DNA from: Maricaulis sp.
Lineage (GTDB): Bacteria; Pseudomonadota; Alphaproteobacteria; Caulobacterales; Maricaulaceae
Reading direction: 5' to 3'
Length of the DNA: 64,000 bases
NCBI RefSeq assembly: GCF_048269565.1
Contig: NZ_JBLXIK010000009.1
Span: forward strand, 12,487 to 76,486
Of this stretch, positions 8,338-17,404 are shown piece by piece. The notes beneath the pieces were generated by a model. That model did not search any database, was not told the DNA's origin, and worked only from the letters and a program-made list of their open reading frames with translations. The stretch's first letter is position 1. Every line of letters begins with the position of its first letter. A program made the position numbers and the translations under genes.

Positions 8338-9639
8338 TCAGGCTGCCTGGATATCGACGGCACCGTCGACCGCTTCGGCCTGGTCGAGGAAATCCCGGTC
8401 GAGCGTCGCGCCGGTAAAGCATGAGCCGCTGAAGCGGGCCTTGCGGACATTGGCGCCATCAAGCCGTGAATAGGAAAAATCGGCGCCGGTCGCCTTCGCC
8501 TGGCGCAGGTCGACCCCGCGCAGGTCGGCATAGCGTGCCTTACTGCCTGCCAGCGATGCCGGCAGCATACGATCTCCCTCGAGAACGAGGGGCCCGAACT
8601 GGCAGTCGCGCAGGTCGGCATTACACAGATTGGCCCCGGTCAGGTCGGCCCCGCGCAAATCGGCGCCGCGCAGGCAGGCCATGCGCAGGTCGGCGCGCTC
8701 AAGCCGGGCCCCCTGCAGCTGCGCCCCTTCGAGGTCGAGGCCATAAAGCGTCGCGCCGCGGGCGTGGAAGGCGGTCAAGGTCTTGCCGGCGAGCGAATGG
8801 AGGCCGCGCAGATCCATGCCGTCAAACAGGGAGGGCTTGCCTTCGCGGCCTTCGGTTTCGCACCACAGGACATGGGCAGCAATCTGGTCGGCGACCGGAT
8901 TTTCAAGCCCGTTGGGGTCTATGCCGACCGGTTCGTTGGTCAGGGCTCCGTCGGTTTTCATACCTTCGGTCTTGGCCATTGTTGTCTTGACGCCGATCAT
9001 CACGCTGTTCGTGAAATCGACGCCCGTCAGGTCAGCCCCGGACAGGTCGGCACCCTCGAGATTGGCGCCGTGGAAGGATGAGCCGCGAAGATTGGCCCGG
9101 ATCATCCGGGCTCCCAGCAGGACCGCGTCGGTGAAGTCGGCGGTCTGGGCCGTCATGCCGGCCATTTTCGAACCCGACAGGTTGGCCCCGGTGAAATTGG
9201 CCTTGCCGGCATCATTCTGCTGCGCCGTATGGGTGAGGATCGCCAGGCCCTTTTCCTTGTCGACCTGGGCGATCGCGCCTTCACGCAGATCGGCCTCGGT
9301 CATGTCGGCCCCGGTGAGATTGGCGCCGCGCATGATCGCACCGCGCAGATCTGCCCGGCGCAGGCAGGCACCCTCGAGTGAGGCACGGCGCAGGTCGGCA
9401 GCGAAAAACACCGCGCTGTTGAGTGTTGCGCCGGCAAGATTGCTGCCGCGCAGGACCGCACCGCTGAAGTCCGCATCCGACAGTTCGCGGTTGGAGAGGT
9501 TGAGGTCTTCAAGAATCGAATAGGCGAAATTGGCCCGGGCGCCGCCCGAGCGTCCTGACCACAGCCGCTCGTGCCGGTCGCAGATCTGGTCGACCTGCCC
9601 CTGGTCGAGTCGCGTGTGCTCGATTTTCTGCCCGGCCAT
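8338..9639 (-). CDS. Pentapeptide-repeat protein with two repeat domains
   Basis: 433 aa dominated by A(D/N)LxG-type pentapeptides (ANLTGADMTEADL, ADLSGADLTGVDF, ADLRGADLTGANL). No signal peptide. The two halves each start with a similar H..LW...G..G.. lead-in. Confidence 0.85.
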   Translation of the reverse strand: MAGQKIEHTRLDQGQVDQICDRHERLWSGRSGGARANFAYSILEDLNLSNRELSDADFSGAVLRGSNLAGATLNSAVFFAADLRRASLEGACLRRADLRGAIMRGANLTGADMTEADLREGAIAQVDKEKGLAILTHTAQQNDAGKANFTGANLSGSKMAGMTAQTADFTDAVLLGARMIRANLRGSSFHGANLEGADLSGADLTGVDFTNSVMIGVKTTMAKTEGMKTDGALTNEPVGIDPNGLENPVADQIAAHVLWCETEGREGKPSLFDGMDLRGLHSLAGKTLTAFHARGATLYGLDLEGAQLQGARLERADLRMACLRGADLRGADLTGANLCNADLRDCQFGPLVLEGDRMLPASLAGSKARYADLRGVDLRQAKATGADFSYSRLDGANVRKARFSGSCFTGATLDRDFLDQAEAVDGAVDIQAA

Positions 9640-9703
9640 GCGTCACCTCTGTCAGCCGCACAGGTCAGTGCGGACTCTGACGGATCAGGCTAGCGATGGA
9701 GTG

Positions 9704-10357
9704 TTAACGCCCGGTGTGAGACGGGGAGCCCGGATATTGCGCCTGGCCGGCCTCGAGCAGGCGGGCCGCCAGCGGGTGTTCCGGGGCCAGGTTGACCCGA
9801 TTCATGCCAGCATCGCCGAGCCGGTCGAGATGCAGGGAAAGCTCGCTCATCGATGCCACCGTCAGCATGGCATCATACTGCGCCGGTTCCGGGTCGAGAT
9901 AGACCATTGGCTGACCGGTCCGGAGCCGGTGGAAGAAGCCGGCATAGAGCGCCGCGGCCTCGTGCGCCCGCAATCCGGTCTCGACCGCGATGCCGGCATC
10001 GCGAAGCCGGACGACGCCGCGACCGGCGACCTTCGGATGCTCGTCGAGGCAGGCAATCACGACCGAGCCGATGCCCGCTCCGACCAGCGCATCGGCGCAG
10101 GGCGGGGTCTGGCCGTGAAAGGCGCAGGGCTCGAGTGTCACATAGGCGCGGCTGCCGCGCGACGTTTCGCCGGCCATCTCCAGGGCGCGGCGTTCGGCAT
10201 GGGGCCTGCCGCCATCGGCGGTCGCACCCCAGCCGACAATGCTGTTGCCGCTGACCAGCACGCATCCCACGGCGGGATTGGGGGCGGTCCGGCCCAGTTG
10301 CGTCCGCGCCAGGGCCAGCGCGGTATCCATGAAGCGGAAATCGGCCGGACTGAACAT
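9704..10357 (-). CDS. RibD-like cytidine/deoxycytidylate-deaminase-fold protein, deaminase domain only
   Basis: 217 aa. MDTALALARTQLGRTAPNPAVGCVLV...HAERRAL...EPCAFHGQTPPC is the RibD N-terminal deaminase zinc motif (HAE...PCxxxxxxxPC). The roughly 70-aa tail is too short to be the RibD reductase domain. Confidence 0.7.
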   Translation of the reverse strand: MFSPADFRFMDTALALARTQLGRTAPNPAVGCVLVSGNSIVGWGATADGGRPHAERRALEMAGETSRGSRAYVTLEPCAFHGQTPPCADALVGAGIGSVVIACLDEHPKVAGRGVVRLRDAGIAVETGLRAHEAAALYAGFFHRLRTGQPMVYLDPEPAQYDAMLTVASMSELSLHLDRLGDAGMNRVNLAPEHPLAARLLEAGQAQYPGSPSHTGR

Positions 10358-10360
10358 GGC

Positions 10361-11086
10361 TCAGGGCAGGGGCGGCAGTGACCGGGCGCGTTCGGGGTCG
10401 AGATAACGTGCGGCGACCGGCTTGAGCTCATCCTCGGAGAGGTCGATCAACAGCGGATTGCCGGTCGGGACCTCGATGTCGATGATGTCCTGGTCATTGA
10501 CCTCGAACAGGAATTTGATCAGCGCGCGCAGGCTGTTGCCGTGGGCCGCGATGATCACGTTTTCACCGGCCGCGAGGCGCGGCGCGATCAGGCCTTCCCA
10601 GGCCGGTTCGACACGTTCGAGCGTCATCTTGAGCGATTCCGAATTGGGCAGCAGCGCCGCCGGGACGCTCTTGTAGCGCTCATCCTTCGCCGGATGCTCG
10701 GGATCGTCCTCGGCCAGGGGCGGCGGCGGCGTGTCGAAGGAGCGGCGCCAGACCTTGACCTGGGCATCGCCATGCTTGGCGCGGGTCTCATCCTTGTCGA
10801 GACCGGCGAGGGCGCCGTAGTGGCGCTCGTTCAGCCGCCAGGATTTCTCGACCGGGATCCAGTTGCGTCCCAGGCCTTCCAGGCACAGATTCAGCGTGCG
10901 GATCGCCCGCGTCAGGACCGAGGTGAAGGCGTGGTCAGGCTTGAATTCGGCCTCTGCCAGCAGGTCGCCGGCGCGGCGCGCCTGCGCGATGCCCTCATCG
11001 GTAAGATCAACGTCGACCCATCCGGTGAACCGGTTTTCCCGGTTCCACTCGCTCTGGCCGTGGCGGATTAGGGCGAGTTGTGGCAT
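10361..11086 (-). CDS. gpmA: 2,3-bisphosphoglycerate-dependent phosphoglycerate mutase
   Basis: 241 aa with the LIRHGQSEWNRENRFTGWVDVDLT active-site signature (RHG) and the later HGNSLRAL motif. Confidence 0.9.
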   Translation of the reverse strand: MPQLALIRHGQSEWNRENRFTGWVDVDLTDEGIAQARRAGDLLAEAEFKPDHAFTSVLTRAIRTLNLCLEGLGRNWIPVEKSWRLNERHYGALAGLDKDETRAKHGDAQVKVWRRSFDTPPPPLAEDDPEHPAKDERYKSVPAALLPNSESLKMTLERVEPAWEGLIAPRLAAGENVIIAAHGNSLRALIKFLFEVNDQDIIDIEVPTGNPLLIDLSEDELKPVAARYLDPERARSLPPLP

Positions 11087-11351
11087 CGCGATATCTCCTT
11101 GCGCATAACGGTGGCGAAGCGATAGCCCGGCGTGAGGTTGCGGGCAAGGATCGGTCGCTGTCGCGGGCGTCGCACAGACCGATTTCGATTCACTTTCCAG
11201 GCGAGTTGTGCTATCTGTTTTCGCGCAAGAGCAGAGGGGCGGATTCGCGGAACAGCTCGCAAGAGATTCCCGCGAAACCGGCCTTGGTGGCGAAAACTGG
11301 TCCGGTATTGCGCGCCCCCCTGTGGAGTGCCGGAACCGTTCTCGCCAGACC

Positions 11352-11392
11352 AGCCGCGCACCTCCCTTTCCGGGATGTGCGCGGTTCTGTTA
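11352..11392 (+). terminator. Terminator-like hairpin inside the 346-bp gpmA/kdsD divergent intergenic region
   Basis: CCGCGCAC (11354-11361) pairs perfectly with GTGCGCGG (11377-11384). An inner TCCC/GGGA extension is followed by TTCTGTTAT. It lies about 45 nt upstream of the kdsD ATG. Confidence 0.35.
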
Positions 11393-11432
11393 TGGAGGCG
11401 CATCCTATGCCCTCGCGATTCAGGAACCCGGC

Positions 11433-12401
11433 ATGATTGATTTTGACCCCGTCGCATCCGCCCGGCGCGTGATCGCGCTTGAACGAGACGGGCTGGACGC
11501 CTTGCTCCAGTCGGTTGACGGCGCATTTTCCGCCACGATCGAACGACTGCGCCGGGTCAATGGACGCCTGATCTGTACCGGCGTCGGCAAGTCCGGCCAT
11601 GTGGCGCGCAAGATCGCCGCGACCCTCGCCTCGACCGGCACGCTGGCCTATTACGTCCACCCGACCGAGGCCAGCCATGGCGATCTCGGCATGATCACGC
11701 CGGACGATGCCGTGCTCGCCCTGTCCAAGTCCGGCGAAACCCGGGAACTGGGCGACCTGATTGCCTATTGCCGCCGCTTCTCCGTACCGCTGATCGGCAT
11801 GACGACCCAGGCGGAGAGCACGCTGGCCCGGGCCGCCGACTACAAACTGATCCTGCCCGATGCGCCGGAAGCCTGCGGCGAGACCAGTGCACCGACGACA
11901 TCGACCACGCTGATGATGGCGCTGGGTGATGCCCTCGCCATCGCCCTGCTCGAGCATCGTGGTTTCACCGCGGCGGACTTCAAGACCTTTCATCCGGGCG
12001 GCGCGCTCGGTGCGGCCCTCGCCACGGCGGGCGACATCATGCATCGCGGCGAGGAAATGCCGCTGATCGCGCGGAGCGCGCCGATGAGCGATGTGCTGAT
12101 CGAGATGACTGTGAAGAGTTTTGGCTGCGCCGGCATTGCCGACGAGGATGGCCGCCTGGTCGGCATCATCACCGATGGCGATCTGCGCCGGCATATGGGC
12201 GACGCGCTGGTCGAGCAGCGCGCCGATGCGATCATGACGCCGGACCCGAAAACCGGGTCCCCGGGCATGCTCGCCGCTGACGCCCTGCGCGAGATGACGG
12301 CGGGCAAGGCCAAGATCATGCAGCTCTTCATCGTCGATGCCGACAACAGGCCACAAGGCATCATCCACCTGCACGACCTGCTGCGCGCCGGCCTGAAATA
12401 G
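11433..12401 (+). CDS. kdsD: Arabinose-5-phosphate isomerase (KdsD/KpsF; SIS + tandem CBS)
   Basis: ATG at 11433 is in frame with the tracked ORF at 11208. SIS motif: RLICTGVGKSGHVARKIAATLASTG...ALSKSGET. C-terminal CBS pair: GIITDGDLRR...GIIHLHDLLRAG. Confidence 0.85.
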   Translation: MIDFDPVASARRVIALERDGLDALLQSVDGAFSATIERLRRVNGRLICTGVGKSGHVARKIAATLASTGTLAYYVHPTEASHGDLGMITPDDAVLALSKSGETRELGDLIAYCRRFSVPLIGMTTQAESTLARAADYKLILPDAPEACGETSAPTTSTTLMMALGDALAIALLEHRGFTAADFKTFHPGGALGAALATAGDIMHRGEEMPLIARSAPMSDVLIEMTVKSFGCAGIADEDGRLVGIITDGDLRRHMGDALVEQRADAIMTPDPKTGSPGMLAADALREMTAGKAKIMQLFIVDADNRPQGIIHLHDLLRAGLK

Positions 12402-12546
12402 ACATCGTTGACGGTTGAGGACGCGCCCGGTTCTGGCATTGATTCCGATGGGCGCAGGAGGTGGTGCCCGATATGGTTGTATTGGCCGGGGCGCAGGGGA
12501 CTGTATTGCCCTCCGACGGGCGACCGCAATTGGCGCGATTGTTAAG

Positions 12547-12708
12547 CTATTTCAACGGAGTTGAGGCGCGGTTACCGGTGATTTTGGCGAACTGGCCCTG
12601 ATAGAAGCGGAACAGGGTGAAGGTGGCGACCACGGTCCCGTATGCCAGGAAGCCGGCGAAGATACCGAGCAGCCCCCAAGTGACCACACTGCACACAAGA
12701 TTAACCAC
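12547..12708 (-). CDS. Possible small (53 aa) hydrophobic membrane protein downstream of rmlD
   Basis: Below the ORF-track cutoff and read by hand: (GTG)VNLVCSVVTWGLLGIFAGFLAYGTVVATFTLFRFYQGQFAKITGNRASTPLK*. It is strongly TM-like, on the same strand as the rml operon and directly downstream. There is no ATG start and no clear RBS. Confidence 0.25.
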   Translation of the reverse strand: MVNLVCSVVTWGLLGIFAGFLAYGTVVATFTLFRFYQGQFAKITGNRASTPLK

Positions 12709-12813
12709 TACCCAAGCCCACCCGCTTGTAACAACAACAAGGCAAGTATCCGGCAGATTAACACTTTTAGCAAGCTTTGGTTGCGTTTCCGGTGCGGGCC
12801 GGGCGGTGGCGGG

Positions 12814-13707
12814 TCAGGCGAGGATCCCGGTGATCGCGCGGACCAGGGCCTCGCGATGATCCGGTTGCGGGATACTGAACCGGTCCGCAATCGCGCCGCA
12901 ATCGAGGACTGAACAGGCAGGTCTCCTTGCCGGGCTGGGGAAGTCCTTTGCGGCGATGCGCTCGACCTGGACGGGGCGCTCGCCCAATCCTGCGGCGATG
13001 TCGAAGATCTCGGTCGCGAAGTCAGCCCAGCTTGCCGCGGCATCGCCGCAAAAGTGGAAGAGGCCGCTATCTGAAGTTTGCGAGGTCAGCTGGTCGGCGA
13101 TGGCCAGGATGGCGACCGCGATATCGGCGGCCGCTGTCGGGTTGGTCCTCTGGTCAGAAACCACCTGCACCCGATCCTGCCGGCGGCCGAGTTCGAGCAT
13201 GGTCCGCACGAAATTCTTCCCGGTCGCTGAATAGACGGCGGCGGTCCGCAGGATGACATGGCGGGCACCGCTGCCCTGCACGGCCTCATCGCCGGCGAGC
13301 TTGGTGCGGCCGTAGACGCCAAGCGGATTGCACGGATCGGTCTCGACATAGGGCTCGCCCTTGGTCCCGTCATGGACATAGTCCGTGGACAGGTGGATCA
13401 GCGGCAGGACCGCCTGTTCGCACTGCCCGGCCAGAATGCCCGGGGCCAGGGCATTGATCGTGTGCGCCAGCTCCGGTTCGACCTCGGCGCGATTGACATC
13501 GGTATAGGCGGTGGCATTGACGACCACGCTGCCCGGCGTGGCGGCGGCCAGCACCGGCTCGAGCACGGGCGCGATACTGTCAGGCTTGGCGAAATCGAAG
13601 TCCGGGCGGGCCAATTGCCGGATCGTGCGCCCTGACGTGGCCGCCAGGGCCGCGATCGCCGTCGCGACCTGGCCGGAGCGTCCGAGCAGGATAATCTCTG
13701 CGGTCAT
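12814..13707 (-). CDS. rmlD: dTDP-4-dehydrorhamnose reductase
   Basis: Start MTAEIILLGRSGQVA at 13707 overlaps the rmlB stop (ATGA). RmlD-type Rossmann N-terminus, with STDYV and PxNxYGxTK catalytic motifs. Confidence 0.85.
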   Translation of the reverse strand: MTAEIILLGRSGQVATAIAALAATSGRTIRQLARPDFDFAKPDSIAPVLEPVLAAATPGSVVVNATAYTDVNRAEVEPELAHTINALAPGILAGQCEQAVLPLIHLSTDYVHDGTKGEPYVETDPCNPLGVYGRTKLAGDEAVQGSGARHVILRTAAVYSATGKNFVRTMLELGRRQDRVQVVSDQRTNPTAAADIAVAILAIADQLTSQTSDSGLFHFCGDAAASWADFATEIFDIAAGLGERPVQVERIAAKDFPSPARRPACSVLDCGAIADRFSIPQPDHREALVRAITGILA

Positions 13708-14765
13708 GGTTTCGATCCGAGCCCGAGCCGTTGCAGCGAGGCCTCGCCACCGACACGCGCCAGCGACTGGCGGCACCAGTCGTCATGATCGAGATACCAG
13801 CGAACCGTCTGCGCCAACCCGTCGGTCAGTGTGTAGCGCGGCGACCAGCCGAGTTCGTGCTGCAGCTTGCTGGCATCGATCGCATATCGGAAATCATGGC
13901 CCGGCCGGTCGGCGACAAAGGTGATGAGATCGCTGGAGGCGCCCTGGCGGGGGCATTGACGGTCGAGCTCGTCGCACAGAAGCCGGATCAGGTCGAGATT
14001 GCTGCGCTCCGCATCGCCGCCGACATTGTAGGTCTCGCCGATCCGGCCGCGTTCGAGAATCGCGAGCAGGGCATCGGCATGATCCTCGACGTGCAGCCAG
14101 TCGCGCACATTGGCGCCGCGCCCGTAAACGGGGATCGGGGCCCCCTTGAGCGCCGACAGGATGACCACCGGAATCAGCTTTTCCGGGAATTGCCGCGGCC
14201 CGTAATTGTTGGAGCAGTTGGAAATCACGACCGGCAGGCCATAGGTCTCGTGCCAGGCGCGCACCATCATGTCGGCCGAAGCCTTGCTGGCGGCATAGGG
14301 GGAATTGGGCCGGTAGGGGCTGTCCTCGGTGAAGCGCCCGGTGGCGCCGAGGGAGCCATAGACCTCATCGGTCGAGACATGGTGGAAGCGGAAGGCATCG
14401 GCGCGGTCTGGCGCCAGCGTCTTGCGATATTCGGCGCTGGCCCGCAGCAACTGGGCCGTGCCGCCGACATTGGTGTCGACGAAAACCTGCGGTCCGTCGA
14501 TCGAGCGGTCGACATGGGACTCTGCGGCGAGGTGCATCACCGCATCAGGCTGGTGCCGTGCAAGGATCGCCTCCAGCGCCGCGCCGTCGCGAATGTCGGC
14601 CTGCTCGAACCGATAGGACGGATTGTTCTCGACGCTGGCGAGATTGGCGGGATTGGCGGCATAGGTCAGGGCGTCGAGATTGACGACCTCATGGCCGCGT
14701 TCCAGCGCTGCGAGGACGACGGCGGAACCGATGAAGCCGCAGCCGCCTGTGATGAGAAGTTTCAC
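13704..14765 (-). CDS. rmlB: dTDP-glucose 4,6-dehydratase
   Basis: MKLLITGGCGFIGSAVV..., HLAAESHVDRS and YAASKASADMMVRAW are canonical RmlB motifs. Confidence 0.95.
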   Translation of the reverse strand: MKLLITGGCGFIGSAVVLAALERGHEVVNLDALTYAANPANLASVENNPSYRFEQADIRDGAALEAILARHQPDAVMHLAAESHVDRSIDGPQVFVDTNVGGTAQLLRASAEYRKTLAPDRADAFRFHHVSTDEVYGSLGATGRFTEDSPYRPNSPYAASKASADMMVRAWHETYGLPVVISNCSNNYGPRQFPEKLIPVVILSALKGAPIPVYGRGANVRDWLHVEDHADALLAILERGRIGETYNVGGDAERSNLDLIRLLCDELDRQCPRQGASSDLITFVADRPGHDFRYAIDASKLQHELGWSPRYTLTDGLAQTVRWYLDHDDWCRQSLARVGGEASLQRLGLGSKP

Positions 14766-15346
14766 CTTGCTACGTCTCCGCTCTGTGCGCCGAACCGGAA
14801 CGGCGTCTCGAATTGCGCCCAGGATAGACCATTGGCATCCTTCTCCGACAGGGTCGCGGCGCTGCGCTCGATGCCCCAGTCAATGCCGAGCTCCGGATCG
14901 TCCCAGGCCAGGCTGCCATCCAGGCCGGGCGCATAGTCATTGTCGACCTTGTACTGGACGATGGTATCGGCCTCGAGCGTTACAAATCCGTGCAGACAGC
15001 CACGCGGCACGAAAACCTGTGTTCCGTTCTGCGCCGAGAGTTCCGATTTCGTGTGCAGGCCAAAGCTTGGCGAGCCAAGCCGGGCATCGACGATCACGTC
15101 GATCACCCGGCCCTGGACCACCCGGACCAGCTTGGCCTGCTCCGCCGGCGGCCGCTGGAAGTGAAGCCCGCGCACCGTTCCCGCCGCTGCAGACCAGGAT
15201 TGATTGTCCTGGCAGAAGTCGGAGTGAATACCCAGCGCCGCGAGTTCATCGCGATTATAGGTGACAGAGAAATATCCGCGGTGATCGCCAAAACGCGGCG
15301 GGGTGAATTGCACCACTCCGGGAATGGCGAGGCGTTCAATCTGCAT
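14762..15346 (-). CDS. rmlC: dTDP-4-dehydrorhamnose 3,5-epimerase
   Basis: 194 aa. FGDHRGYF...NQSWS...GTVRGLHFQ...QAKLVRVVQGRVIDVIVD is the RmlC cupin signature. A 4-nt overlap links it to rmlB. Confidence 0.9.
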   Translation of the reverse strand: MQIERLAIPGVVQFTPPRFGDHRGYFSVTYNRDELAALGIHSDFCQDNQSWSAAAGTVRGLHFQRPPAEQAKLVRVVQGRVIDVIVDARLGSPSFGLHTKSELSAQNGTQVFVPRGCLHGFVTLEADTIVQYKVDNDYAPGLDGSLAWDDPELGIDWGIERSAATLSEKDANGLSWAQFETPFRFGAQSGDVAR

Positions 15347-15505
15347 GTCGGCGCTCCCTGTTCTATCGGGATATGCGCAGGTTTGCAGGCCAACTCAAGT
15401 CTGGCCGGGCAGGAACCGCCTTCGCGCGGTTCCCAGACCGGCTGAGGTCTTGTATGCGTGTAAGCGTCCGTCTGGGGCGTGCGCGGTAACTGACTGGGGT
15501 GGAAC

Positions 15506-16381
15506 GTGAAAGGAATTGTGCTTGCAGGGGGCAGCGGGACGCGGCTTTGGCCTTTGACGCTCTGCACGTCCAAGCAATTGCTGCCTGTCTACGACAAGCC
15601 CATGATCTATTATCCGCTCTCGGTGCTGATGCTGGCGGGTATTCGGGAAATCCTGATCATCACCACGCCCGAGGACCAGGACCGCTTTCGGCAATTGCTC
15701 GGCGACGGCAGCCGGTTTGGTGTTCAGTTGAACTATGTCGTGCAACCCAGCCCGCAGGGCCTGGCGCAGGCCTTCCTGCTCGATGAGGATTTCATCGGCG
15801 ACGAGCCGGTGACGCTGATCCTCGGGGATAATCTGTTTTACGGACACGGCTTCGATGACCTGGTGCGCAAGGCTGCCGGGTTGACCAGCGGAGCGACGAT
15901 TTTCACCTATCATGTCAACAAGCCCCAGCGTTACGGCGTTGTCGTGCTGGATGGCGATGGCCGACCGGTTGCCATTGACGAGAAGCCACGCGAACCGCGC
16001 TCGAATCTCGCCGTCACCGGGCTGTATGTTTACGACAATGACGTCATCGAGATTGCCCGGTCGATCCGCCCGTCATCGCGCGGCGAGCTTGAGATCACGG
16101 ATGTGAACCGCGCCTACATGGAGCGCGGCGACCTGCATGTCGAGAAGTTGGGCCGCGGCATTGCCTGGCTTGATACCGGCACGCCGCAGGCCTTGCTCGA
16201 GGCATCGGAATATGTCCGGTCTTTGGAGCGGCGGCAGGGATTGCAGATCGCCTGCCTTGAGGAAATCGCCTTTGTGAACGGCTGGATAGACCGCGACGCC
16301 CTGCGGTTTTCGGCACAGAAATTCGCTAATTCCGACTACGGCAAATACTTGGCCAAACTGTTGGATGTTGAAGATGATTAG
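15506..16381 (+). CDS. rmlA: Glucose-1-phosphate thymidylyltransferase
   Basis: [18 protein letters not shown]...[18 protein letters not shown] is the canonical RmlA N-terminus. It is divergent from rmlCBD. Confidence 0.95.
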   Translation: MKGIVLAGGSGTRLWPLTLCTSKQLLPVYDKPMIYYPLSVLMLAGIREILIITTPEDQDRFRQLLGDGSRFGVQLNYVVQPSPQGLAQAFLLDEDFIGDEPVTLILGDNLFYGHGFDDLVRKAAGLTSGATIFTYHVNKPQRYGVVVLDGDGRPVAIDEKPREPRSNLAVTGLYVYDNDVIEIARSIRPSSRGELEITDVNRAYMERGDLHVEKLGRGIAWLDTGTPQALLEASEYVRSLERRQGLQIACLEEIAFVNGWIDRDALRFSAQKFANSDYGKYLAKLLDVEDD

Positions 16382-16429
16382 AGATGTCCGCCGCCAGGTT
16401 CGGCCGGTGGATCGATGTGGGGAAATTGA

Positions 16430-17404
16430 ATGACGGTTCTAGTGACAGGTGCTGCAGGCTTTGTGGGCTTTCATGCGGTCAATGCCATGCTCGATCGCGG
16501 TGAGGCGGTTGTCGGTATCGACAATCTAAACACCTATTACGACCCGGCCCTGAAACAGGCCCGTCTCGAGCTGTTGCAGGCCCGCGACGGATTCAACTTC
16601 GAGAAGATGGAGCTGGCGGACAATGAGGCCGTGCTGGCGCTGGTCAAACGGGTGCGCCCCGACCGTATCCTGCATCTCGGGGCCCAGGCCGGGGTGCGCT
16701 ATTCGATCGACCAGCCCTTCGCCTATGCCAATTCGAACCTTCACGGCCATCTTTCCATCCTCGAGGCGGCCCGCTTTCTTGGCGATGAGCTGAAACACCT
16801 GGTCTACGCCTCGTCGAGCTCGGTCTATGGCGAGCGCTCGGCGGTGCCCTTTCGCGAGGATGATGTCACCATGCAGCCGGCCTCGCTCTACGCCGCGACC
16901 AAGCTGGCGGATGAATTGATGAGCTCGGCCTATGCCAGTCTCTACGGTATCGCGGCGACGGGCCTGCGCTTCTTCACCGTCTACGGCCCCTGGGGCCGGC
17001 CCGACATGGCCTATTGGTTGTTTTCGGACGCCATGTTCGAAGGGCGGCCGATCAAGGTCTTCAACAATGGCGAGATGGAGCGGGACTTCACCTATATCGA
17101 CGACATCATCGCGCCGCTCCTGCGCGTGCTCGATGACAGCCCGGCGCGCGGCCATCACGACGTGTTCAATATCGGCGGCGCCTCGCCGGTCAAGCTGATG
17201 GACATGATCTCGGCTCTGGAAGGCGCCCTGGGCATGACGGCCGAGAAGATCATGTTGCCGATGCAGGCCGGTGATGTCACGCGCACCTATGCCGACGCCA
17301 GCAAGCTGGAGCGCGTCTACGGCTACAAGCCGAGCATCCGGATCGAGGACGGTCTGGCGCGCTTTGCCGACTGGTATCGGGACTGGCGCAGCCGGTCAGC
17401 CTAA
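16430..17404 (+). CDS. UDP-glucuronate 4-epimerase (NAD-dependent SDR)
   Basis: VLVTGAAGFVGFH...IDNLNTYYDPALKQARL...SSSSVYG...YAATK...RFFTVYGPWGRPDMA is the characteristic UDP-GlcA 4-epimerase (Cap1J/LpsL-type) pattern. Confidence 0.8.
   Translation: MTVLVTGAAGFVGFHAVNAMLDRGEAVVGIDNLNTYYDPALKQARLELLQARDGFNFEKMELADNEAVLALVKRVRPDRILHLGAQAGVRYSIDQPFAYANSNLHGHLSILEAARFLGDELKHLVYASSSSVYGERSAVPFREDDVTMQPASLYAATKLADELMSSAYASLYGIAATGLRFFTVYGPWGRPDMAYWLFSDAMFEGRPIKVFNNGEMERDFTYIDDIIAPLLRVLDDSPARGHHDVFNIGGASPVKLMDMISALEGALGMTAEKIMLPMQAGDVTRTYADASKLERVYGYKPSIRIEDGLARFADWYRDWRSRSA

Noticed and set aside
11087-11432. Riboswitch or SRP/4.5S RNA in the gpmA-kdsD intergenic region
   Set aside because: I looked for the SRP domain-IV consensus and the B12 box and did not find them. 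Only a terminator-like hairpin is supportable, and it is reported separately at low confidence.
11211-14936. Long antisense ORFs 11211-12374 (-) and 13731-14936 (+), opposite kdsD and rmlB
   Set aside because: Both fully overlap genes with unmistakable signatures. Their translations are low-complexity (R/G/A/D runs), so they are shadow frames.
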